From: an uncultured Lachnospiraceae bacterium
Lineage (GTDB): Bacteria; Bacillota; Clostridia; Lachnospirales; Lachnospiraceae
Assembly (NCBI GenBank): GCA_946616835.1
Contig: CAMOJK010000001.1
Coordinates: 8,894 to 72,893 of the forward strand
Direction of reading: 5' to 3'
Length of the DNA stretch: 64,000 nt
In this document: positions 17,932-28,626 of the stretch, in pieces
Position numbering within the stretch: the first letter of the stretch is position 1
Layout of the letters: each line of letters opens with the position of its first letter
Program-made: the position numbers and the translations under genes
The notes under the pieces: model-generated
Database searches by the model: none
Told to the model about the DNA's origin: nothing
What the model saw: the letters and a program-made list of their open reading frames with translations, nothing else

Positions 17932-19353
17932 ATGGTTATTAAATCCATAAAAATAGGTATTCAGGAGAAGGCATCGTTAGCGTATATTATAGCTAATATT
18001 CTGTCTAAAGGATTGAATTTCATCACTATCCCGGTATTCACAAGATTGTTGTCGACGAGTGAGATGGGAGTTACATCGACTTTTTCGTCATGGCAGACAA
18101 TTCTGTATGCGGTAGTCTCATTGGGACTGGTGTCAGGCTCGTTTAATATTGCAATGGTGACCTATGAAAAGCTGCGTGACCGGTATATGGCCGTATGTTT
18201 GGCTGTTTCTTCTGTTTCAGCAGGTTTGTTTTTGCTTTTTTGCGTGTTAATAAGTCCTATATGGGAAGAACTGACTGATTTGCCTTATGTTACGATCTGG
18301 GTAATGGCGGCATATATGTTTTTGCAGCCGGCAATGGATTATTGGTACGCAAAGGAAAGGTATGAGAATAAGTATAAGGCGGTCTTCTGGGTGTCCACGA
18401 CATCCGCATTGCTGTCGGTATTGATTTCTGTTTTTGGGGTTTGGGCGGCTGCAAGGGGGAATGTTACTTATAATTTAGGGGCTGTTAAGATCGTAACCCA
18501 GTTTGCTGTTTTATTTATATATTCTTTTATTATATACATCATCATATTTGCGAAAGGTAAATGTGTTTATGATAAAGAAATGATAATATTTGCACTGAAA
18601 TTGAGCTTGCCATTGGTGATACACTCATTAGCAAAAAATGTTCTGGATATTTCTGACCGAATAATGATATCTCGTATATGCGGGCAATCGGATGCAGGGA
18701 TATATGGTACTATTTTTACTATAAGTCTGATGGCACTGGTTATATGGGGGGCTATAAACAGTGCATTAGTTCCCGAAATGTTTGAAAGTTTAAAGATATC
18801 TGATTTTGCAAGGGTTGAAAAAAAAATTTATGGGCTTATTACTGTTTTTGGGGAAATTTCAATAATTGCGGTATTATTCAGTCCGGAAATTATACATATA
18901 CTTACTACGAGAAGTTATTACGATGCTGTATATCTGATGCCACCGCTTTTTGCAAGTGTATTTTTGTCCTCGATATATAATATTTATGGTAATTTTTTGT
19001 TATACAAGAAACATACCGTTTTGATAATGGTAGCGACTTTGCTGGCAGCAGGTTTTAATGTCATAACCAATTATTTTTTTATAAAAAAGTATGGCTATAC
19101 GGCAGCCTCGTATACGACATTAGCTTCGACACTGTTTTTGGCTATAGGTCAGGGAATCATGCAGGCAAAAATTTATAAAGAGAAAGTCATTAGTCATGCG
19201 AGGATAGCGTTAATTGGAATGATAGGGGCTGTCGGATGTTTGCTATCAGCATTATTATTCGAGAATCGATTGCTAAGGTATTTGACAGTCGTATTGATTA
19301 CTACAAAATTGTTGTTTGATGCGAAAAAGGTTCTCAAGACAGGGAACAAATAA
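17932..19353 (+). CDS. wzx: Oligosaccharide flippase (Wzx)
   Basis: ~12 TM; IPVFTRLLST.EMG, LSLPLVIH, SDRIMI, AGIY. Confidence 0.88.
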   Translation: MVIKSIKIGIQEKASLAYIIANILSKGLNFITIPVFTRLLSTSEMGVTSTFSSWQTILYAVVSLGLVSGSFNIAMVTYEKLRDRYMAVCLAVSSVSAGLFLLFCVLISPIWEELTDLPYVTIWVMAAYMFLQPAMDYWYAKERYENKYKAVFWVSTTSALLSVLISVFGVWAAARGNVTYNLGAVKIVTQFAVLFIYSFIIYIIIFAKGKCVYDKEMIIFALKLSLPLVIHSLAKNVLDISDRIMISRICGQSDAGIYGTIFTISLMALVIWGAINSALVPEMFESLKISDFARVEKKIYGLITVFGEISIIAVLFSPEIIHILTTRSYYDAVYLMPPLFASVFLSSIYNIYGNFLLYKKHTVLIMVATLLAAGFNVITNYFFIKKYGYTAASYTTLASTLFLAIGQGIMQAKIYKEKVISHARIALIGMIGAVGCLLSALLFENRLLRYLTVVLITTKLLFDAKKVLKTGNK

Positions 19354-19378
19354 GGCTTACAAGGAGATATATTTATTT

Positions 19379-20821
19379 ATGGAAGGTTTTTATGAAATTA
19401 ATCTACTGGCGGGAATAAAAAGGATTCTTACTAAGTGGTATTTAGTGTTATTGGTGTGTGTACTGTGCGGTACGATGGCAGTTGGTATAGGATGGTTTTC
19501 ACGACATAAGGTCTCTCAGGAAGATGTGTTTAATCCGGAGATGCTGACTGAAATAACAAGTGAAGTGGAAGCCGAACAGCTGCGAGGGATGCTTAGTGAT
19601 GACGCTATGCAGGAGATTGACATATGTATGGATCGTGTGGCAAGAACGCAGGAGCAAAAAGTGTATATGAATGAAGCTGTACTTATGCAGCTAGATCCAT
19701 ATAATTGTAAAAAATTGACAGTTAGTTATGAGGTGTCTTCAGCTAGTATGGCAGCTGCAAATTACATAAGATCTCAGTACACAGATTTTATATCTTTGAG
19801 TGATAATTTTCGCAAGATTGTGTCCGAAGCTATCGGTGATAATGAGGGAAAGTGTCATGTTTCAGATGTCATTACCGTAGAAAAAAAAGATATTGTATCT
19901 AGCGGGGCAGTGGCAATAATCAGATTTGATATTAATATCATGTTAGCAGAAGAGTGGGATGAGTCAGCGGTGTTGCAAGCGGTAAGAAACGGTGTGGAAT
20001 CGTATAATGTCGATCAATATGTAGATGATGCGGAAGTGGATTGTGTATTTTACGACGCTTACTCTACAACAAATTATATACCTACTTTAAAATCACAGCA
20101 GGATTCGGTTATAGCACAGTACAATAATAATACTACATACTATAAAACGGCAACACAGGGATTGGACCATAACTCTGCGCTTTTGTTTAATTATATGCTG
20201 CGCCAGCAGGGGATAGAAAACGATTATAAGGTGTTGGTTGATGATTCTTTGGCGGATGATTTAACGGCGAATAATCCTAAAGGTTTTTTGGATCGATTTG
20301 CAAAAATGTCATATGTTGTGCTGGCGTTGGGGGGAGCGTGTGTTGGGTTATTATTTGTATTAGGCTTTGCTTTTGTATACTGGATCGTCAGAGGTCGAGC
20401 GGGCCGTATCCTAGGTTTATCCGTAATGTCTAATCGTCCGGTGTTTGGGGTACTGGCAAAAAAAGAAAAAGATAAAAATAAAAAAAAGAAATTTGAACTA
20501 ACAGTAGCGAGTATTTCGCTTTTTTCTAAACATATGGGCGAGGGGAACGTGGATATTGTTTGTATAGGAAAAGCCGGAAAAAAGAATGTAGATATTCTGA
20601 AGTCGTTATGTAAGCGATTAAAGAGAGATAATATTATGGAATCCAAAATATGTTGTATCGATATGGAAGAGACTGATGGTTACGAGGCTATAGCTGAACT
20701 GAATAAAACTGTAATACTGTGTGTTGTGTATGAAGAAAATAAAGTCAGGGATATAATTGCAGTAGATAAACAATTGTCTGCGCTGAATGTTAAAATATTG
20801 GGAACAATTGGAATAGAGTAA
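19379..20821 (+). CDS. Wzz/YveK-like polysaccharide co-polymerase
   Basis: EINL...W N-terminal TM, large external domain, second TM, ILGTI C-terminal tail; paralog of 49153-50673. Confidence 0.7.
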   Translation: MEGFYEINLLAGIKRILTKWYLVLLVCVLCGTMAVGIGWFSRHKVSQEDVFNPEMLTEITSEVEAEQLRGMLSDDAMQEIDICMDRVARTQEQKVYMNEAVLMQLDPYNCKKLTVSYEVSSASMAAANYIRSQYTDFISLSDNFRKIVSEAIGDNEGKCHVSDVITVEKKDIVSSGAVAIIRFDINIMLAEEWDESAVLQAVRNGVESYNVDQYVDDAEVDCVFYDAYSTTNYIPTLKSQQDSVIAQYNNNTTYYKTATQGLDHNSALLFNYMLRQQGIENDYKVLVDDSLADDLTANNPKGFLDRFAKMSYVVLALGGACVGLLFVLGFAFVYWIVRGRAGRILGLSVMSNRPVFGVLAKKEKDKNKKKKFELTVASISLFSKHMGEGNVDIVCIGKAGKKNVDILKSLCKRLKRDNIMESKICCIDMEETDGYEAIAELNKTVILCVVYEENKVRDIIAVDKQLSALNVKILGTIGIE

Positions 20822-20951
20822 CTTGAAATTCATAGTGAGAAAATAATTGAGAGAGATATATATGATGGTATGAAATATAGTCTTAATCATAGGCAAAAAC
20901 AGTTGTATTGGTGAGCCCTTTGGATGATAAGGACGGATATAGATTTTATTG

Positions 20952-22214
20952 ATGAGCAAAAGGCGTGGGGAAAAAAGGCATATATTAGTTGTATCACAGT
21001 ATTTTTATCCGGAATCATTCCGTATCAATGATATGGCAAGTGAGTGGGTAAGACGCGGGTATAAGGTTACGGTATTGACAGGTATTCCAAACTACCCTAT
21101 GGGCAAATACTATGATGGATATGATTGTAAACATCGTATTCGGGAGAAGTGGAATGGTGTAAATATAATAAGGATTCCATTGATTGCAAGAGGTAACAGT
21201 TCTAACAGACTGATTAATGCCGTAGGTATGACGGCAAACTATTTCTCATTTGTTCTTTCCGGAAGAAAATGGGTGAGCAGTAAAGAAGCACAAAATCTTA
21301 AGGCGGATTTGGTTTTTACTTTTGAAGTGTCACCAATGACGCAGGCTCTTGTTGGAGTTTGGTACAGAAAGAGGTATCATGTACCACATTATTTATATGT
21401 TACAGATTTATGGCCTGAAAATGTTGAGTCGGTTACGGGTATTCATAGTAAGTTAATTATCAATCCTATTCAATGGATGGTAGATTACATATATAGAAAT
21501 ACAGATTGGATTTTTACGTGTTCAAAAAGTTTTATACCTAGAATAATAGGTAGAGGCATAAGTGGGAAGGTAGTTGAATACTGGCCACAGTATGCAGAAG
21601 AGTTTTACAAACCTATGAAGCCAATAGGGAATTTACTTCCACAGGATGGAATTTTTAACTTGGTTTTTGCTGGAAGCGTTGGATATGCACAAGGCTTAGA
21701 GATTCTTGTAAGAGGGGCAGAGATGCTTAAGACTGATGGTATACGAGTTCGGTTTAATATCATTGGTGATGGTCGTTACTTGGCAAAGTTACAGGAATCC
21801 ATAAAAGTGGGTAAGGTTGAGAATTATTTTAATTTTATATCGCGTAAACCAGCCGAGGAAATATCCCGGTATCTAGCATTTGCAGATGTTCTACTGATTA
21901 CGTTATCAAAAAATGATGTTTTTGCTATAACTCTTCCTGCTAAGGTACAGAGTTGTTTTGCATGTGGGAAACCGATAATCGTATCAGCAGATGGTGAAGT
22001 TCAGAATGTTGTAAAAGAGGCAAAGGCGGGACTGTGTTCTGATGCGGAAGATCTGGTTGGTTTTGTAAAAAATATAAAGGCTATGATAGGTTTATCACAG
22101 GAACAGAGAGAGGAGATGGGAAACAACGCATTGAATCATGCCATAACTTATTTTAATAAGAAAAAACAAATGGATAGATTGGACGAAGTGTTTAAAAAAG
22201 TGGGTACATTTTAA
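20952..22214 (+). CDS. GT4 glycosyltransferase, WbuB-like (paralog of 10675-11901)
   Basis: SQYFYPESFRINDMA, VLTGIPNYPMGK, DLWPENVE, YWPQYAE. Confidence 0.92.
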   Translation: MSKRRGEKRHILVVSQYFYPESFRINDMASEWVRRGYKVTVLTGIPNYPMGKYYDGYDCKHRIREKWNGVNIIRIPLIARGNSSNRLINAVGMTANYFSFVLSGRKWVSSKEAQNLKADLVFTFEVSPMTQALVGVWYRKRYHVPHYLYVTDLWPENVESVTGIHSKLIINPIQWMVDYIYRNTDWIFTCSKSFIPRIIGRGISGKVVEYWPQYAEEFYKPMKPIGNLLPQDGIFNLVFAGSVGYAQGLEILVRGAEMLKTDGIRVRFNIIGDGRYLAKLQESIKVGKVENYFNFISRKPAEEISRYLAFADVLLITLSKNDVFAITLPAKVQSCFACGKPIIVSADGEVQNVVKEAKAGLCSDAEDLVGFVKNIKAMIGLSQEQREEMGNNALNHAITYFNKKKQMDRLDEVFKKVGTF

Positions 22215-22285
22215 TGATTTTTAGTTTTATGTCTTAAACACTACTTATGAAATTACAAAAGACAGGTAAGATAAGGAGTATTAAT

Positions 22286-23143
22286 ATGAGATTCTTAATT
22301 CTTGGCTGTAATGGTATGGCAGGCCATATGATTAGCCTATATCTTAATGAGCAAGGGTACGAAGTTGATGGATTTGCACGAAAAGAATCTGAGATGGTTC
22401 GTACGATTGTTGGGGATGCTAGGGATACAGATTTATTGAAGCAAATTATAAAAGATGGTAATTATAGAGCTGTTATAAATTGTATTGGTGTCCTTAATAA
22501 ATTTGCAGAAAATGACCATGAGGCGGCTGTTTATTTGAACTCTTATCTGCCACAGTTTTTGGCAAAAATTACGGAAGGTACAGGGACACAAATCATACAT
22601 ATTAGCACAGACTGTGTGTTTAGCGGAAGCAGAGGTGACTACATTGAATCAGATTTTCCTGATGGTGAGTTGTTCTACGACCGATCTAAGGCACTTGGTG
22701 AGTTAAGTAACAAGAAGGATGTTACATTTAGAATGTCTATTGTCGGACCGGATACTAATAAAGACGGTATAGGTCTTATTAATTGGTTCATGCAACAGAA
22801 GGGACGAGTTAAAGGCTACAAGAACGCAATGTGGACAGGGCAAACTACTCTGCAGTTGGCTAAGACTATCGAGAATGCAGCTATCCAACGTGTTCATGGT
22901 CTCTATAATATGGTTCCGGAGGATAAAATCAGCAAGTATGATATGTTGATGTTGTTTAATAAGTATCTTAGAACTGAACAGATAGAGATTGTTCCGGAAG
23001 AAAATTTTAGGATTGATAAGAGCCTGAAAAGGACTAATTATGAACTCTTTAGCTATAAGATACCTGGCTATGAACAACAGATAAAGGAATTAGGTGAGTG
23101 GATGCGTGAACATAAGGAATTGTATCCACATTATGAGTTGTGA
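22286..23143 (+). CDS. RmlD-like SDR reductase (QnlA/WbvR-like)
   Basis: ILGCNGMAG, INCIG, HISTDCVFSG, YDRSK; adjacent to a 2-epimerase. Confidence 0.8.
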   Translation: MRFLILGCNGMAGHMISLYLNEQGYEVDGFARKESEMVRTIVGDARDTDLLKQIIKDGNYRAVINCIGVLNKFAENDHEAAVYLNSYLPQFLAKITEGTGTQIIHISTDCVFSGSRGDYIESDFPDGELFYDRSKALGELSNKKDVTFRMSIVGPDTNKDGIGLINWFMQQKGRVKGYKNAMWTGQTTLQLAKTIENAAIQRVHGLYNMVPEDKISKYDMLMLFNKYLRTEQIEIVPEENFRIDKSLKRTNYELFSYKIPGYEQQIKELGEWMREHKELYPHYEL

Positions 23144-23179
23144 TTAATTATTTCAAATTATAAAAATAGAGGATAGGAT

Positions 23180-24313
23180 ATGAATGTCAAGAAACTCAGA
23201 TTAATGACAATAGTGGGTACACGTCCGGAAATCATTAAAATGTCTGAAATTATAAAAAAAGCGGATATGTATTTTGATCAGATTCTTGTTCATACAGGGC
23301 AGAATTATGATTATGAATTAAACAAAGTATTCTTTGAAAATCTTGGATTACGTGAACCTGACTATTATCTTGGGGTTGTAGGGGACAATCTTGGGCAGAC
23401 TATGGGAAATGTTATTTCAAAATCATACGAGCTGATGGTTCAGATTAAACCGGATGCACTCATAGTTCTTGGAGATACAAATTCATGTTTATGTGTTATA
23501 AGTGCAAAGCGTCTTAAGATTCCGGTATTTCATATGGAGGCGGGAAATCGCTGTAAGGATGAAAATCTTCCGGAAGAGGTTATCCGCAGAGTGGTTGATG
23601 TTACAAGTGATGTGAATCTTTGTTATTCGGAACATGCGAGAAGATATATATTAGATGCCGGCGTTAAGCCGGAATATACTTATGTTGTAGGATCGCCTAT
23701 GGCAGAGGTTCTTGATAAGTATAAAGAGCAGATAGAGTGCAGTAAAGTTCTGGAAGAACTGGGGCTGGAAGCAGGAAAGTACATCCTTTTGTCTGCGCAT
23801 AGAGAAGAAAATATTGATATTGAGAAAAATTTCATTTCGCTCATGAATGCAGTGAATGCACTGGCAGAGAACTATGATATGCCGATTCTCTATTCCTGTC
23901 ATCCAAGGAGTAAGAAGTATATTGAAGATCGGGAATTTAAGTTTGATAACCGTGTGATTCAACACAAGCCGTTAGGTTTTTTTGATTACAACAAGCTTCA
24001 GAAGAATGCATTTTGTGTAGTTAGTGATAGCGGAACGGTTCCAGAAGAAGGTGCATATTTCAAGTTTCCGGCTGTATCAATTAGGACATCTACAGAACGT
24101 CCTGAGGCGATGGATAAGGGTGTGTTTACAATTGGGACTATAACTACAGAACAAGTGCTTCAGGCTGTTGACCTGGCTGTTTCCATGCATAGAAATGGTG
24201 ATGATGCGATAGATGTTCCAGCTTATGTAGATAGGAATGTAAGTGTGAAAGTGATTAAGATTATCCAGAGTTATGTAGGGATAATAAATAAGATGTTGTG
24301 GAGGAAGGTGTGA
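23180..24313 (+). CDS. Non-hydrolysing UDP-HexNAc 2-epimerase (FnlC/QnlB-like)
   Basis: VGTRPEIIK, HTGQNYD, LGDTNS, HMEAGNR, SAHREEN, SDSGT, TERPE. Confidence 0.93.
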   Translation: MNVKKLRLMTIVGTRPEIIKMSEIIKKADMYFDQILVHTGQNYDYELNKVFFENLGLREPDYYLGVVGDNLGQTMGNVISKSYELMVQIKPDALIVLGDTNSCLCVISAKRLKIPVFHMEAGNRCKDENLPEEVIRRVVDVTSDVNLCYSEHARRYILDAGVKPEYTYVVGSPMAEVLDKYKEQIECSKVLEELGLEAGKYILLSAHREENIDIEKNFISLMNAVNALAENYDMPILYSCHPRSKKYIEDREFKFDNRVIQHKPLGFFDYNKLQKNAFCVVSDSGTVPEEGAYFKFPAVSIRTSTERPEAMDKGVFTIGTITTEQVLQAVDLAVSMHRNGDDAIDVPAYVDRNVSVKVIKIIQSYVGIINKMLWRKV

Positions 24314-25524
24314 ATAAGGCTGATAAAAGAGTTGCTATAATCAATTCAGTAGCAGAAAAAAGTACTGGAAAAATCTCATATGGGTTATTGAATTATCTTC
24401 TGGGCGAAGGAATAGAAGCAGTTTTCTGTTATGGATATGGGGAGAAACTGGATGATCCACATACTTATAGGATTGATTATACTATTGAACGGTATATACA
24501 TGCATTTTTAGCACGTTTGACTGGCTATCAGGGGGCTTTTTCAACATTTGCGACAAAAAGATTAATAAAATATCTTGATAAAAAGAATGTGAATACTATA
24601 TATGGGGTTGGGTTACATGGATACTACTTGAATGAAAAAATGTTGTTTGATTATATTGCAGATAGAGGTATTTCATTCGTATATATTATGACGGAAGAAT
24701 ATGCATTTTATGGTAAATGTGGTTACGCAAATAAATGCCTAAATTATTTGAAAGGATGTGGAGATTGTCCTTATTTAAGGGAGTATCCAAGTAGCTGGCT
24801 TTTTGACCGAACGGCAGAAATGTTTCAAATGAAGAAAAATGCATATGAAAGAATAAAAGAAAAGTCGGTATTTGTAGGACCAGAATATACAATTACAGCA
24901 GGAAAGAAATCTCCTCTTCTGAGTGGTATAAAAACTGAAATAATAGATGAAGCTATCGATACAGATTTCTATGCGCCGAGGGATACGGAGCAGTTGCGAA
25001 AAGAACTCAACATTATAGAAGACAAGATTATTATCATATGTGTCGCACCATCAGATCAAGGAAAAAAAGGAACCAAGTATTATACAGAGCTTGCTAGAAG
25101 ATTGGAAAATGATGAACGATATGTTTTTGTACATGTAGGCTATGTCGATCACAATAGAGATCTGCCCAGCAATTACATACCAATTGGATATGTTAGAGAT
25201 CAGGAATTGCTGGCAAAGTATTATTCTTTAGGAGATTTATTTGTTTTTCCAAGCTTGTTAGATACCATGCCTAATGCGTGCCTAGAAGCATTGTCATGTG
25301 GTACTCCCCTGTTGTGTTTTGACACTTCTGGTATGTCTTATCTAGGTCCTAGAGAAATAGTTGAACTTGTTGAAACTAAGAATGTTGATCAAATGTATCA
25401 GTATGTTGTGAATATAGGTAAAAAAAGCAGAGAATTATCTCAAAAATGCAGGGACTATGCAATAAAGCGATATGACAGAAGGCTGTACTACAAAAGGTTG
25501 CTGGAAGCATCTAATAGTATCTAA
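24310..25524 (+). CDS. GT4 glycosyltransferase (WcaC-like, Cys-rich insert)
   Basis: STGKI, GKCGY..KC....GCGDCP, DTMPNACLEALSCGTP. Confidence 0.88.
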   Translation: MNKADKRVAIINSVAEKSTGKISYGLLNYLLGEGIEAVFCYGYGEKLDDPHTYRIDYTIERYIHAFLARLTGYQGAFSTFATKRLIKYLDKKNVNTIYGVGLHGYYLNEKMLFDYIADRGISFVYIMTEEYAFYGKCGYANKCLNYLKGCGDCPYLREYPSSWLFDRTAEMFQMKKNAYERIKEKSVFVGPEYTITAGKKSPLLSGIKTEIIDEAIDTDFYAPRDTEQLRKELNIIEDKIIIICVAPSDQGKKGTKYYTELARRLENDERYVFVHVGYVDHNRDLPSNYIPIGYVRDQELLAKYYSLGDLFVFPSLLDTMPNACLEALSCGTPLLCFDTSGMSYLGPREIVELVETKNVDQMYQYVVNIGKKSRELSQKCRDYAIKRYDRRLYYKRLLEASNSI

Positions 25525-25583
25525 AGTTAAGGATTGTAATTGTATTCGGTGTTTTTCAACCAACTTATTGAAAAGGAGAAGAA

Positions 25584-26717
25584 ATGATTAATTTTAATGT
25601 TCCTCCGTTTGTCGGAACAGAATTTAAGTATATGCAAGAGGCTGTAGAAAATCAAAAAATTTGTGGAGATGGTCCTTTTACAAGAAAATGTGATGAATGG
25701 ATAGAACACAGATTTGGAGTAAAAAAAGCAATGCTGACGACTAGTGGGTCATCGGCATTGGATATGGCGGCGTTTTTGTGCAATATTAATCCGGGAGATG
25801 AAGTAATTCTTCCTTCGTTTACATTTTCTAGTACAGCAAATGCATTTGTTTTGGCAGGAGCAAAACTTGTTTTTGTTGATATTCGTCCGGATACGATGAA
25901 CATTGATGAGAATAGAATTGAAGATGCTATTACAGATAGAACAAAGGTTATATGTCCTGTTCACTATGCTGGTGTAGCATGCGAGATGGATACGATTATG
26001 GATATTGCAAGTAGATATGATTTAAGAATAGTTGAGGATGCTGCACAAGGTATAATGAGCACTTATAAGGGTAAAGCACTGGGCACAATTGGAGATTTGG
26101 GGTGTTTCTCTTTTCATGAAACAAAGAATTATTCTATGGGTGAGGGCGGTGCAATATTAATTAATGATGTGGAGCGTATTGAAAAAGCTGAAATATTACG
26201 TGAGAAAGGGACAAATCGTTCCCAGTTTTTTAGGGGGCAGGTTGCAAAGTATAATTGGGTTGACTTTGGAGATAGCTATCTTCAATCGGATTTAAATGCG
26301 GCATATTTATGGGCACAATTAGAAGTGGCTGATATGATTAATGAAAACAGATTAGCTACATGGAATACATATTGGGGTGCATTAAAACCTTTGGCAGATA
26401 AAGGGGTTATTGAGCTTCCAACAATTCCTGAAGGGTGTATTCATAATGCTCATATGTTCTATATCAAGTGTAAAGACTTAGAGACGAGGCAAGCATATAT
26501 TGAGTATATGCGTAAAAATGATATTCTTTGTGTTTTTCATTATGTTCCACTCCATAGTGCCCCAGCAGGGGCGAAATTTGGAAGGTTTCATGGTGAGGAT
26601 AAGTTTACAACAGTTGAGAGTGACAGACTTGTTCGATTACCTTTGTATTATGGCATTGCTGCTAGCGACTTAAACAAGATAATTGAAAAGACATTGGCTT
26701 TTTTTGATTCTTTATAA
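25584..26717 (+). CDS. wecE: dTDP-4-amino-4,6-dideoxygalactose transaminase
   Basis: MINFNVPP, CGDGPFT, PVHYAGVACEMD, EDAAQG, FSFHETKN (PLP Lys), EKGTNRSQFFRGQV. Confidence 0.93.
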   Translation: MINFNVPPFVGTEFKYMQEAVENQKICGDGPFTRKCDEWIEHRFGVKKAMLTTSGSSALDMAAFLCNINPGDEVILPSFTFSSTANAFVLAGAKLVFVDIRPDTMNIDENRIEDAITDRTKVICPVHYAGVACEMDTIMDIASRYDLRIVEDAAQGIMSTYKGKALGTIGDLGCFSFHETKNYSMGEGGAILINDVERIEKAEILREKGTNRSQFFRGQVAKYNWVDFGDSYLQSDLNAAYLWAQLEVADMINENRLATWNTYWGALKPLADKGVIELPTIPEGCIHNAHMFYIKCKDLETRQAYIEYMRKNDILCVFHYVPLHSAPAGAKFGRFHGEDKFTTVESDRLVRLPLYYGIAASDLNKIIEKTLAFFDSL

Positions 26718-26763
26718 TAAATTTTGAAAAAAGAATCGTTAAGTCTTTAGGGAGGAGGGAGTA

Positions 26764-27515
26764 ATGGCAGATAATTGGTTTTATGAAGAAAATCATGCAT
26801 ATGAGAATGGATTTGAATCAGGCGACAGGGGTGAATATTTGTATCATGCATTAAATGAATACTATGGTCATATCAGTGAATTTAAAGGGAAAAATGTTGA
26901 TATTCTAGGGTATGGTGCTGCTGAAGGTGCTGAGTTAGATAGTGTGTTATCGACTGCTAATAGCGTATGCATCGTTGATCCTACAACAAAAATGAGAAAT
27001 TATGAGCGAAAGGGAAAACAAATTTGTTATTATATTCCCAGAGAAGATGGAAGTTTAGAGTTCGCTGATAATAGTTTTGACTTAATTACGTGCTTCGGTG
27101 TTTTAATGTATGTAATGAATGCTGATATTGTATTAAGAGAACTAATAAGAGTATTAAAGCCGGGGGGAGTATTATTAATATGTGAACCAAGTACTGATAT
27201 GCATGTTGGTGATAAGCGTGTAAAAAGATGGGGAATGGGCAAAAATACAAGGGGCCTTCCTATAAGTTTCTATAATGAGAATTTAGATAAAGTAGAGGGG
27301 GCATATACTCTCATTGCATGTTTAGTCCTTGGATAGAATTTGGAAAGAGAATAATGAAGACCCCTATGAATATAAGATGGTTTATTGTAGTTGATAAATA
27401 TTTATGTTGTATCTTTAAAAGTAATTGGAAATATCAAAGAAAGACTTTTTTTGATAAGTTTGCTCCGGGCAGTATTTTTGTTAAATATACAAAGAGAGAA
27501 GGAATGCAACAATGA
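26764..27515 (+). pseudogene. Class I SAM-dependent methyltransferase split by a frameshift (26764-27336 plus 27318-27515)
   Basis: ILGYGAAEG, FADNSFDLITCFGVL, RVLKPGG; coding continues in another frame after a G5 run at 27297-27301, and that frame's stop overlaps the next start. Confidence 0.7.
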
Positions 27516-28432
27516 TTTCAGTAGCAATGGCCACATATAATGGTGAAAAGTACATTAATGATATGCTTGACTCAATAATAGGACAAGATTTAAAAGTAGA
27601 TGAAATAGTTATTTGTGATGACAATTCTACAGACGGAACAGTAAATACAATAAATGAATATATAAATGAGAAAAAGATAGAATCGATAAGACTTATTGAA
27701 AATGGTGAAAATATAGGATGGCGAAGGAATTTTCGTAAAGCTTTAAATGAATGTCGAGGAGATTACATTTTTCTATGTGATCAAGATGACATATGGATGC
27801 CCAACAAGGTAAAAACAATGATGGGGGTTATGACTGAAAGGCAGGACATAGAGCTCCTAGTTTCAAACTTTGAGATTTATGTTGAAGGCAATGCAAGAAC
27901 AAGTAAAAGAGCTCTGGGATATAATGGAAATGATGGAAGATTGCAGCATCTCAAATTTGATAAGTGGTTTTTTTATGTAATTAGACCCGGGTGTACATTT
28001 TGTATAAAAAAATGCCTGTTGGAAAAAGTAAATAAATTAGATGATGATGTTGTTGATCATGATTCAGTGCTTTGGGCGATTCCACTGATGCAAAATAGGG
28101 CATGGTTATTAAGGAAAAGGTTGATTAAGTTTCGCAGACATCCAGAAAGTGCGACTACGGATAATTCAAGTTTTACAATGGATAATCGAATAAAATATGT
28201 GGACAATACGATATTGACCACTAAATGGGCTTTAGATTACTGTAAAAAATATGTAAGTAATAGAGTGACGCAGGTAGAAGTATTTTTGGATTATCTGATA
28301 GATAGGAAAAATAATCTGGAGCAGGGCAACATTTTCAATATGATGTCATTTGTAGTGAAAAATATGAAATATTACCCATCTTTGCGAAATGCAGTTTCAG
28401 ACATTATATTGGTATATAAAAAAAATACTTGA
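27512..28432 (+). CDS. GT2 glycosyltransferase
   Basis: SVAMATYNGEKY, DDNSTDGT, LCDQDDIW, RRH. Confidence 0.92.
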   Translation: MISVAMATYNGEKYINDMLDSIIGQDLKVDEIVICDDNSTDGTVNTINEYINEKKIESIRLIENGENIGWRRNFRKALNECRGDYIFLCDQDDIWMPNKVKTMMGVMTERQDIELLVSNFEIYVEGNARTSKRALGYNGNDGRLQHLKFDKWFFYVIRPGCTFCIKKCLLEKVNKLDDDVVDHDSVLWAIPLMQNRAWLLRKRLIKFRRHPESATTDNSSFTMDNRIKYVDNTILTTKWALDYCKKYVSNRVTQVEVFLDYLIDRKNNLEQGNIFNMMSFVVKNMKYYPSLRNAVSDIILVYKKNT

Positions 28433-28626
28433 ATTATTCACGTCTTAATTGAAAACCATTTAGCTATTGCATTTAGAATGAAATTGCTTTTACCATGTGA
28501 GTGAAGTCTGGAAGATGACTGTATATGGAGTGTGATTGGGATAAAACAATAATCAACATATAGCAATACACTTTTAGATGTTGATGTTTTGTTTTGAGAT
28601 TGCTAGAAAATAGGGATTAGTTCTTA

